From: an uncultured Planctomycetaceae bacterium
GTDB taxonomy: Bacteria; Planctomycetota; Planctomycetia; Planctomycetales; Planctomycetaceae
Direction of reading: 5' to 3'
Assembly: GCA_963976765.1 (NCBI GenBank)
Contig: CAXBME010000033.1
Span: 1-64,000, forward strand
DNA length: 64,000 bases
Below, in pieces: positions 9,157-17,536 of the stretch (positions within the stretch are counted from its first letter, which is position 1; each line of letters opens with the position of its first letter). Both the position numbers and the translations under genes were made by a program. The notes below the pieces were generated by a model. The model was not told where the DNA came from, made no database searches, and saw nothing but the letters and a program-made list of their open reading frames with translations.

Positions 9157-12100
9157 TCACCAAGTGCTGTGAGCCGGCGCTGGGCGTCACGAGCTTTGGA
9201 ATGACCTCCGTACTTTTCAACAATCTGCTGATAGCAGGTCTTCGCCTGAGTCGTATCGCGCAGAACTTCGAAACACCTGGCCGCCTCGAAGAACGCCATC
9301 GGTGACCACTCTTTGTGACCGTACGAATAGGCTGCCTTCAGGAAATGCCGCGTCGCTTCTTTGTGTTCTTTTTTCGCGAAGAAGCACTCGCCAATCATGA
9401 AACGAGCCTTCGCGGCAGTCTCGGTCTGAGTTTCCTCCGTCACCTTTTCGTACTGCGCGACGGCATCTTCGAGCCGCCCCTGCTGCTGCATGGACCAGCC
9501 GATTCCGTATCGAGCTTCGGCTCGCAGTTCAAAATCCGGAAACTCAGCAAGTACCTGTTCGTGAATCTGCTGGCTCTTCTTCCAGCTCTCCAGCTTGCCG
9601 GCACACTCGCCCGTGCGAAAAAGCGAAAGGGCGTAGTACTGAGGATTCTTCGAGGCAATTACTTTTTCGTACCACGGCAAAGCGGCTTCCCACCTTTGCT
9701 GCTTGAACCAGCATTCGCCCTGCAGGAACGTCGCGTCGCCAGCCAGTTCGCCGTTCGGGAATGCTGCCAGTTGTTCGGCAAATCCGTTGCCGGCCTCGGC
9801 AAACTGCTCGGCTTTAAGATGACTCCAGCCAAGTTTGTGCAGAGCGTTCTCGCCAATCGCAGTCTTACCGGCTTTCTCAAAGGCGGCTTTGTAGGCGGGG
9901 CCGGCTTTGCCGAAATCTCCAGATTCGTACCACGACTCGCCAACGCGGAAGAGGCTTTCCGCCGCCAGCGGACTGTTCGGGTACTGACTGGCTAACTTCT
10001 GAAACGCGGCGATTGAATCAGCCTGTCGCCCCAGTTCGACGTTCGCCCACGCGAGTTCGTAAGCAACCTTGTCGGCTGCTGCGTAATTGGGAGCCGCCAG
10101 CAGAATTGCCTGGTACTCAGTCGCGGCCTCTTCGAACCTGCCGAGCCCTGCCAGCGCCAAACCTCGAACATACTTCGCGTCCTGAGTATCGTTCAGCTTC
10201 GGGTTCGTACGGAGGTAAGCCTGCACGTCGTTGAGCACGGCCTGTAACTCGCCGATCTGATAGTTGGCCATCGCTCGGACGTAGTAACCTTTTGGAGCAA
10301 CTTCGGAGGCTCCAAACTTTTCGAGCAATGTAGACATAGCCTCGATCGAGCGGACAAACTCCTGTGAATTGAACAGCGTCCACCCGAGGCCGTATTGAGC
10401 GTGCGCAGCAAACTGCCCGGCGGGCCAGCGTTGCACGACTGTGGAATACTGAGTGATGGCTTCGTCGTATTTGCCCTGCTCGTAAGCGGCTTCGCCGAGT
10501 CGGAACACGGCCTCGTCCAACCGCCGGCTTTTCGGAAACTGCTGCACGACTTTCTTCAGCAGCTTGGTCGAGTCTGACTGTCGACCAAGCTGCCGATATG
10601 CGTCGGCCAGGACCAGCATTGTTTCGTCAGACTGCTCGGCGTCGGGCTTTGTCGTCAGCGCCTTTTCCAGCGAGGCCGCTGCCTGGTCAAACTTGTCCTG
10701 AGCGAAAAGGCCGCGACCAATCAACGCCTGAGCTTCGCTTTTCAGAGTCGGGTCGGCCAACGATCCCATCGCCTCTTCAAGAGACGAAATCGCGTTCGCA
10801 TATTTTCCGGCCATGTGCATGGCCAGTGCCTGCCGAACTTTCGCGCGTGGAGCGCTGGCATGTTCGGGAGCTTTCGCCAGAAACTGCTGATACCGCTGCT
10901 CAGCTCCGGAAAAATCTTCCTGCAGTAATCGGCTTTCGGCTGCAACGAACAGGACGTCCGCCGCCAGACGATCGTTCGGAAACTGCGAAAGAAATTCGTC
11001 GCTGTGCTGTTTCGCGCTGCTGTAATCTTCTACGTCGAGCGCCGTCAGCGCCGCCGTGTACTGAGCCTGTGGAGCCAGTTCGTGGGTCGGGTATGTCTTT
11101 GCGAAGCTCGCATACTGAGCGATCGTTGAGCTTCGATCGGTCGCGACTTCGTACTCGGCATCGATCTTTGCGAGCAGCAGAAATGGGTACGTCGGGCTGT
11201 TTCGAAATTTGCTCGCCCCGCTGTTCAACAGGTCAAGTGCCCGTTGCGGCTGATCCTCTTTCATGTACGAACGGGCCATCCACTGCAACGCTTCGGCCGC
11301 TTCCGGGCCATTCTTCTTAACAACGAGCTCGAGCCCCGACCGAGCGAGCGCGTACTTATCGACCAGGAAATAGCACTTTGCTCCAGCCAGTACGGCAGCG
11401 CTGTAATGTTTGGTGCCCTGAAACTCGCGTGGCACTCGCCAGTAAAGTTTCGCGGATTCCTCGTAGTCTTTCTCTTCGTACAGACACCGAGCCGACCTCA
11501 GCATCGCGACGTCCGCCAGGTGGAAATCTTTTTCAGCGCTGACCTGTTCGAAGATCGGTCTCGCCTTCACAAAGTCGCCCGTTTCGAACAGCATCTCGGC
11601 CTGTCGCATTTTGACTTCGGTGATCAGCGGACTGTTCGGAAAACGCTTCGAGAAACTGGCGAACGTCTCTCCCGCTTTGTCCGTTTGCTTCAGCGATTCC
11701 TGAGTGACTCCCAGGGCGTACGTCGCATCGGCAGCCAGTTCGTCCTGCGGAAACTTTTGCAGCAACTCGGCATAGGCCGCCGCAGCGCTGTCGAGCTGTT
11801 TCTGTTGATAAAGACTTTCGCCGCGGTAGTACAACGCGCGAGGAACCAGCGGGCTGCGGGGAAACTTCTCCTGGAACGCTCGCAGCGTCTGTTCTGCCTT
11901 CGCAAAGTCAGCGTTTTTTTCAGAAGCCTGAGCCAATCCGTACTGCGCGATTCCAAGGTTGACCATCGACTGATCGAGCTGTTCAAACTTCGGAAACCTG
12001 GCCACCACCGTGCTAAACGCTTTAATGGCCGGATCGTACTTTTTTTCCTGAAGCAGGCAGGTGCCCAGGTAATGCTGAGCTTTGTCCTGTCTCGGATCGT

Positions 12101-12293
12101 CCGGAAACTTCTGCAGGAAAATCTGCCACTCGTCGGCGGCCAGGTCGTACAACTTCTGATTCTGAAATCCGACGGCGGCGGCAAACTGTCGTGTCGCGGC
12201 TTCGGTTTCCTGAGCAGACGCCGTGTCCATCACCAGCGTCGACAACGCCAGCCCGATCAGAATGATCAGAGTTGAAACTCCTCGCAACTTCAT
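9153..12293 (-). CDS. Secreted long tetratricopeptide-repeat protein, CpoB/BamD-like repeats (about 1046 aa)
   Basis: Signal peptide followed by many TPRs, often closing in FPxS/FP turns. GAGGA RBS upstream. Confidence 0.9.
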   Translation of the reverse strand: MKLRGVSTLIILIGLALSTLVMDTASAQETEAATRQFAAAVGFQNQKLYDLAADEWQIFLQKFPDDPRQDKAQHYLGTCLLQEKKYDPAIKAFSTVVARFPKFEQLDQSMVNLGIAQYGLAQASEKNADFAKAEQTLRAFQEKFPRSPLVPRALYYRGESLYQQKQLDSAAAAYAELLQKFPQDELAADATYALGVTQESLKQTDKAGETFASFSKRFPNSPLITEVKMRQAEMLFETGDFVKARPIFEQVSAEKDFHLADVAMLRSARCLYEEKDYEESAKLYWRVPREFQGTKHYSAAVLAGAKCYFLVDKYALARSGLELVVKKNGPEAAEALQWMARSYMKEDQPQRALDLLNSGASKFRNSPTYPFLLLAKIDAEYEVATDRSSTIAQYASFAKTYPTHELAPQAQYTAALTALDVEDYSSAKQHSDEFLSQFPNDRLAADVLFVAAESRLLQEDFSGAEQRYQQFLAKAPEHASAPRAKVRQALAMHMAGKYANAISSLEEAMGSLADPTLKSEAQALIGRGLFAQDKFDQAAASLEKALTTKPDAEQSDETMLVLADAYRQLGRQSDSTKLLKKVVQQFPKSRRLDEAVFRLGEAAYEQGKYDEAITQYSTVVQRWPAGQFAAHAQYGLGWTLFNSQEFVRSIEAMSTLLEKFGASEVAPKGYYVRAMANYQIGELQAVLNDVQAYLRTNPKLNDTQDAKYVRGLALAGLGRFEEAATEYQAILLAAPNYAAADKVAYELAWANVELGRQADSIAAFQKLASQYPNSPLAAESLFRVGESWYESGDFGKAGPAYKAAFEKAGKTAIGENALHKLGWSHLKAEQFAEAGNGFAEQLAAFPNGELAGDATFLQGECWFKQQRWEAALPWYEKVIASKNPQYYALSLFRTGECAGKLESWKKSQQIHEQVLAEFPDFELRAEARYGIGWSMQQQGRLEDAVAQYEKVTEETQTETAAKARFMIGECFFAKKEHKEATRHFLKAAYSYGHKEWSPMAFFEAARCFEVLRDTTQAKTCYQQIVEKYGGHSKARDAQRRLTALGE

Positions 12294-12687
12294 CACGCAA
12301 TCCTCAGAGTGAGATTCAAAGCGTCTGCGGTTTCGGCCCGGCCGTCTCAACGCCAGTCGGACACGTCCACATCGACCGATTCCGGCAAAGCCCGAACGAC
12401 CTCAGACCAAACATGACCGTTCGGGGATAACGGCATCCTGAATTTCGTCCGTTGTCTGCAACCGAAGCTGATTTCCGGCCATCCCCGCCGAATCCTGTCG
12501 GCGGTCGTTGCTTACCCGGTTCGAGCAGGAAATACCGCTATAAAACGCTTCAGAACGGCACCTGATGTCGATCCTGCTCTGGCCGGAACTGACGATTGAG
12601 AATACCCATGCTGACAAGGAAAGTTAAGCAACAGCTCATCCGGCGAACGATGACGGTGGGGAAGAGTGAGCATCTCGACCAGGTATG

Positions 12688-12726
12688 AAAACAAACAAGC
12701 CCGGTCTCCGTCAGGACACCGGGCTT
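12688..12726 (-). terminator. Intrinsic terminator of the Cys-rich protein gene
   Basis: Stem AAGCCCGG (12697-12704) / CCGGGCTT (12719-12726), followed on the minus strand by GTTTGTTTT. Confidence 0.7.
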
Positions 12727-12799
12727 TGTTCGATTTCAGATTTCAGATTCTTCCGTGACGCAGCATGTGTTACGCAGACTATTCAGCAGCAGAAGGTGA

Positions 12800-13270
12800 C
12801 TACTCAGCCGGTGGGGCTGGAGCTGGTGCAGGAGCCGCTTCTGTCGGAGCGGCAGGAGCGTACGGTGCTGCCGGAGCGGCGCATCCTGGAGGGCACGGTG
12901 CCGAAGCTGGAGCGGCACAGCTCGGCGCTTTTGGAGCACAGGCTGGTCCACAAGCCGGAGCGCACGCCGATGGTGCACAACATGACGGAGCCTTCGGTGC
13001 ACAGGCCGGAGCACAAGCTGCCGGAGCGGCGCAGCTTGGTTTCGCGGTGCAACATTTCGCCGCCGGAGCGGCACACGATGGCTTCAGCGAGCACAGGTCA
13101 AGCTTCGGCATACGAAGCTTTGGCAGGTCCATTTTCGGCATGCAAAGCTTGGGAAGATCGAGCTTCGGAAGTTTGAAGCCAGATGGGCAACCGCAATCTC
13201 CAGCACTAACCGGAGCCAGTTGGAAGGACAGAACAGCAGCAGTCAACAACACAGCAGCAAAACGTTTCAT
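12800..13270 (-). CDS. Secreted Cys/Pro/Ala-rich repeat protein (156 aa)
   Basis: GGAG RBS, signal peptide MKRFAAVLLTAAVLSFQLAPVSA, five x[LM]PK[LM] pentapeptides, CAAP/CAPA repeats, 18 Cys, and its own terminator. Confidence 0.85.
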   Translation of the reverse strand: MKRFAAVLLTAAVLSFQLAPVSAGDCGCPSGFKLPKLDLPKLCMPKMDLPKLRMPKLDLCSLKPSCAAPAAKCCTAKPSCAAPAACAPACAPKAPSCCAPSACAPACGPACAPKAPSCAAPASAPCPPGCAAPAAPYAPAAPTEAAPAPAPAPPAE

Positions 13271-13530
13271 GGGAGCCTCTCCGAAAGTAAGGTGGGAACT
13301 TGAAAGGGGTGTCTGGATGCCTTGAACATACACCCGCGATTCCGCCCTTCAAAAAATTTCCACTCGCATCAGCACCTTCCAAAGAACTCCGTGTCACACG
13401 AAACGGCTCCGCAAAAGCTGCGGATCGCGCGCAGGTCTTCGCGCATAACACTCGTGAGGACCGAACAGCCGTTAGAACTCGACAGGTCGCTCGGCAGAGA
13501 TTACCTCGTCGGAATAAGTCGACGCAGCAT

Positions 13531-14622
13531 CTACCGCTGCACGCGTCCTGAGCCGCTGCCACCCATCAGCGATTCAATTTCCGAACGGGTCGAATAATTG
13601 AAATCGCCCTTGATGCTGTGTTTCAGGCAGCTTGCCGCAACGGCGTATCGGATGGCCGTTGATGGCTCCGCAAGTTCCGGAGTCGTCAGAGCGAAAATCA
13701 GTCCACCGGCAAACGAGTCGCCTGCGCCGACACGGTCGACAATGTTGCGGATCTCGTACGGCAAGTAATTGCCGGAGCTGTCGAGCGGCGCGAAGTGAGC
13801 GGCGTCGGTCGCCGAGTCAAACAGCATCGCTCCCCAGTTGTTGTGACTGGCCGAAATGCTTTCGCGGAGGGTGATGGCAACTTTCGACACATTCGGGAAT
13901 TGTTCAACGACTCGCCGCGCGACTCGGATGTAGCCTGCCGTGTCGATCTGCCCGGACTCGACGTCGGAAGCGTCGTCGGAAATACCCAGACAGAGATCAG
14001 CGTCTTCCTCGTTAGCGATCACCACGTCAATGTGTTTGACCAGGTCAGCCATCGTTGCTCGTGCGAGTTCAACCGGCTTCCGCTCCGCGTCCCACTTCCA
14101 GAGTTTCTTCCGAAAATTCAGGTCGCACGAAACGGTCAGGCCCTGAGCCTTCGCGGCCTGCACCGATGCGAGCGCCGCTTCAGCAGCAGACCGACTGATT
14201 GCCGGAGTAATGCCCGTAATGTGAAACCAGCCAGCTCCGTCGAACGCAGCCGCAAAATCAAAAGTGTCCGCTCCGGCCAGAGCGATCGATGAATCGCTGC
14301 GATCGTAGACGACCGTTCCGCCGCGCTGGTTGGCCCCAGTTTCGACAAAGTAGATTCCGAACCGACCCTTGCTGGTTCTTTGGATAAGACTGTCGTCGAC
14401 GCCCAGTTTCCGCATTTCCTGCACAAGAGCGTCCGTAATCGGATTGTCTGGTGAAGCCGTCAAGAACGAAGATTCGCCGCCCTGATACGCCAGCGAAACG
14501 GCGACATTCAGTTCTCCTCCCCCGAAAGTTGCTTCCAGACGGCCAGGCATGACCTGCCGCAGACGCATTGAATCTTCCGGAGCAAGCCGCAGCATGACTT
14601 CGCCAAAGGTCACAATTCGCAT
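13531..14622 (-). CDS. kdgK: PfkB-family sugar kinase, 2-keto-3-deoxygluconate kinase
   Basis: IVTFGEVMLRL, FGGGELNVA, DLNFRKKLW and DRVGAGDSFAGG (PfkB signature). Confidence 0.9.
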   Translation of the reverse strand: MRIVTFGEVMLRLAPEDSMRLRQVMPGRLEATFGGGELNVAVSLAYQGGESSFLTASPDNPITDALVQEMRKLGVDDSLIQRTSKGRFGIYFVETGANQRGGTVVYDRSDSSIALAGADTFDFAAAFDGAGWFHITGITPAISRSAAEAALASVQAAKAQGLTVSCDLNFRKKLWKWDAERKPVELARATMADLVKHIDVVIANEEDADLCLGISDDASDVESGQIDTAGYIRVARRVVEQFPNVSKVAITLRESISASHNNWGAMLFDSATDAAHFAPLDSSGNYLPYEIRNIVDRVGAGDSFAGGLIFALTTPELAEPSTAIRYAVAASCLKHSIKGDFNYSTRSEIESLMGGSGSGRVQR

Positions 14623-14826
14623 AAGAAATCCTGATTTGTTCAGTTTCCGGAGCAGAAAACGTCGGATTCGACGTTTCATAACACGCTTATAAATAATGAC
14701 TTACAGAAAACGGGCAAATTTTTCCAGAATATCGTGCCGCAAATCGCGCAGATTTCGAAATAGAAGGTAGGGAGGTACTGAATCAGCTCTGCTGAGACAT
14801 TGCTCTTCTCAACCTGCGGAATGTTT

Positions 14827-15017
14827 CCCGAGATTGATGCCCTCGTTTCGGAAAACGTAAGCACCCTTGTGGTGACCGTGGGACCGGTCCTGTCTGTCAG
14901 CTCGAGCGGGCACTCTTCACGACTGCCCTCGCTGGATAAAGTGCCCCTCGAGCCGGCAGCGACCGACCGTCGAAATACAGGTTCAATTCTACTTTTCAAA
15001 CCCCGGCGATTATCGGG
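14827..15017 (+). ncRNA. ssrS: Probable 6S RNA
   Basis: A rod of about 190 nt. The closing stem pairs CCCGA-GATT...GCC with GGC-GATT-A-TCGGG and GTTT..GAAAA-C-GTA with TAC-TTTTC-AAAC. A central bubble has TGGGACC on the 5' side and GACC...CAGGTTCAA on the 3' side. The distal stem pairs GCTCGAG-C-GGGCACT with AGTGCCC-CTCGAGC. Ends are approximate. Confidence 0.62.
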
Positions 15018-15036
15018 CCTGTCGCTGGGGTTTTTC
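14998..15036 (+). terminator. Intrinsic terminator overlapping the 3' end of the ncRNA
   Basis: AAACCCCGGCGA...TCGCTGGGGTTT followed by further Ts. May also serve the convergent fabZ-like gene. Confidence 0.7.
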
Positions 15037-15135
15037 TATGCGCCGACGAAACCGTCGTGCCGGCGCATTGACGTATCAAAAAGGGGCTCCGCCAGGCAAC
15101 TTGTCGTCGAGCGGGACTTCGAAGGCGAACGTGGC

Positions 15136-15642
15136 TCAGGAAATGTCCTGGTCGCGGTTGATCGGAACTCCGATCATGTTGCCGCTGAACACCATTTTTC
15201 CTTCGACGTAACCCTGGAACGAAAATTCTGCTCGACGACCGGCCCGTACGCGGTCGACTCGAGCCATCAGCACCAGCCGCGAGCCTGGAAACACTGGCGA
15301 TCGAAATCGAACTTCGCTCATCCCACCGAAGCCGAGAAAATCTCCGCCGAGGATTTTGAATTTGCGAGCGTAGAAGCCAGCCAGTTGAGCCGCACATTCA
15401 CAGAGCACGACGCCAGGCATCAGAGGAAAACCGGGCATATGTCCCTGGATCCAGAACTCCTGTTCCGTGACATCTTTAAAACCGACGATCTGTTGTTTCT
15501 CGCGGTCTATATGGAGAATCCCGGTCAATTGCTCCATCTCATGCCGCTGCGGATTAACCTTGCGGATCTCCTGAAGGTCGTGAAGCGGGTTATCAAAATC
15601 CAGCTCCAGATCGTCCAGTTCGTAAATCTGCTGGGGACGCAT
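15136..15642 (-). CDS. 3-hydroxyacyl-ACP dehydratase, FabZ/FabA hot-dog fold
   Basis: NPQRHEM, GHMPGFPLMPGVVLCE (catalytic His/Glu) and VRFRSPVFPG. Confidence 0.9.
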   Translation of the reverse strand: MRPQQIYELDDLELDFDNPLHDLQEIRKVNPQRHEMEQLTGILHIDREKQQIVGFKDVTEQEFWIQGHMPGFPLMPGVVLCECAAQLAGFYARKFKILGGDFLGFGGMSEVRFRSPVFPGSRLVLMARVDRVRAGRRAEFSFQGYVEGKMVFSGNMIGVPINRDQDIS

Positions 15643-15748
15643 GAGAACTTCTCCGTGATCCGCGATCTTGTCAGAATTTAAATCGTTTCAGTCAATGACG
15701 ACTCGACAAAGACGCCGACGAATGGCCTGGTCAGCAATCCAATTCCCA

Positions 15749-16708
15749 TCACCGCCCAACGATGTTGGTGATCTGTTTCAGATCGGTCATCAGTCGTTTG
15801 GGCCGGAGTTCTTTGTGATTGATCTCGGTCGAACTGGCTTTCAGACTCAGTTTGTCGCCAACATACAATGCCGTCTTCATGCCAAGCCGTTTGGCAACCG
15901 CCAGATCACTCTGCAGTCGATTTCCGACGTACAGAATCTCACTCGGTTCAAGACCCTTCTCAGCAAAACGCTGCAGGCAGGTCTCATAAAGCGTGGGTGA
16001 AGGTTTTCGCACCCCCACCTGACACGAAAGAACCAGACAGGCTGGATCGAACAATTGGTTGAGCGGCGGCAATTTAGTCTGCTCTCCAAAGGCCCGCAAC
16101 GCCTGAATCAGCGAGAACGGCTGAGCATCCGTCAACAACCCCTGCACCAGCCCGCTCTGACTGACGGCAATTAACGCCGCAGCAGCGTTGGGAGCCGCCT
16201 CGACTCCCTGCAGACACAACTGGAAGAAGTAGGCGATCTTCTCGGACAGCTGGTCGAGACTACCGTAGAATTCTTTGTCGTACTGGTATTCTTTTTGCCC
16301 GAGCATATCCAGAATCCGCCTCCAGGCCGCCGAACCGTTGGCATGTCCGAAGTCCCCCGGAGCAACCTTCGCCGTCAGCTCGATGTCTTCCAGTGCGGCG
16401 CGATATTTAGGCAGGACGTATTCCCAAGGGGCTCCCGGCTTGCGAGTCATGCTGTTCCACATGTTGAACTCGCTGATCGTCTTTTCCAGAGCGACCTGCA
16501 TCCGCAGCTCAAGATGATGGCTGAGCAGCAGTTCGCCATCAGTGACACGCAGCAGCGTCCCGTAGAGGTTCCAGACGACTGCCTTGATCCCGGCGAGCGG
16601 CTTGTCATGAGCTTTTGCGGCAACCGGGACAACATCCGGCACTTTTGGCCAGATAAGATCGTCGCGCCGGCTCAACCAGACTGCGTATTCCTGAAGCGAC
16701 TGAGGCAT
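15749..16708 (-). CDS. HAD-superfamily protein with degenerate catalytic motifs
   Basis: Motif I reads WNLYGTLL, motif III RKPSP and motif IV YVGNRLQSDL. Confidence 0.85.
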   Translation of the reverse strand: MPQSLQEYAVWLSRRDDLIWPKVPDVVPVAAKAHDKPLAGIKAVVWNLYGTLLRVTDGELLLSHHLELRMQVALEKTISEFNMWNSMTRKPGAPWEYVLPKYRAALEDIELTAKVAPGDFGHANGSAAWRRILDMLGQKEYQYDKEFYGSLDQLSEKIAYFFQLCLQGVEAAPNAAAALIAVSQSGLVQGLLTDAQPFSLIQALRAFGEQTKLPPLNQLFDPACLVLSCQVGVRKPSPTLYETCLQRFAEKGLEPSEILYVGNRLQSDLAVAKRLGMKTALYVGDKLSLKASSTEINHKELRPKRLMTDLKQITNIVGR

Positions 16709-17038
16709 GACGGTTCAAGTGGTGAAAATAGCGAGGAATGAAACTAACAGGACGAACGATCAAAGGCGCCATCTTACTGACGGTAACCCATCTGTGCCTA
16801 CGCCGAATGATCCATGATGGCCTGCTCCATTTCACACCAGCCAGCGACGTCGCGACTTTGCATTTAAAACGATCCACCCCGGAAGACGTGATCTGACGAC
16901 GCGCAGACATCTCCGGATTCCGCTGCCGATTTGTCATCACGTAGTCCGCATGCGGCGGGAATGGTAAAGACAACTTTAACTGTGCTACAAGAACGCAATT
17001 ATGCTGAAGCCAACCGAAAACTTTCTGACGGAGCAGAC

Positions 17039-17536
17039 GTGATCGACATCGAAAAATGTGACGGAGCAGAATTCTCGCGATGCCGAAAATATCGCTACAC
17101 GCTGTGGCGCCGCTGGAACTTCGAGAGCGAATTAAACCAGTGCATGTTCATCGGCCTCAACCCGTCAACCGCCGATGAAACAAACAACGACCCGACCGTC
17201 CGACGCTGCATCCGCTTTGCGAAAGACTGGGGCTTTACCGGCCTGCTCATGATGAACGCCTATGGCTTCCGCGCGACCGACCCGAAAGTCATGAAAGCCG
17301 AACCAAAACCCGTCGGCCCCGGCAACGATAAAGCGTTTGCTCATTGGGGCTCGAAGGTCGGCCTGATCGTCGCTGCCTGGGGAACTCACTGCACCGTGGA
17401 TCGCGAGCAACGAATCTGCCATGTCCTCAACCGCCCCGTCCATTGCCTCGGGAAAACCAAAGCCGGACGTCCCAAACACCCACTCTACCTGCGAGCCGAC
17501 CTGAAACCGGAAATCTTCTGGGAGCCGCCCCGCTAA
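17039..17536 (+). CDS. DUF1643 family protein
   Basis: FSRCRKYRYTLWRRW, MFIGLNPSTADE, DPTVRRC, AAWG and PKHPLY. GTG start with GGAG RBS. Confidence 0.9.
   Translation: MIDIEKCDGAEFSRCRKYRYTLWRRWNFESELNQCMFIGLNPSTADETNNDPTVRRCIRFAKDWGFTGLLMMNAYGFRATDPKVMKAEPKPVGPGNDKAFAHWGSKVGLIVAAWGTHCTVDREQRICHVLNRPVHCLGKTKAGRPKHPLYLRADLKPEIFWEPPR

Noticed and set aside
12765..13325. Plus-strand 186-aa Gly/Ala-rich, silk-like ORF
   Set aside because: It is the antisense shadow of the Cys/Pro-rich gene. The minus frame has the RBS, signal peptide and terminator.
14800..15681. 293-aa plus-strand ORF
   Set aside because: It overlaps the fabZ-like gene antisense and the probable 6S RNA, and has no protein motifs.
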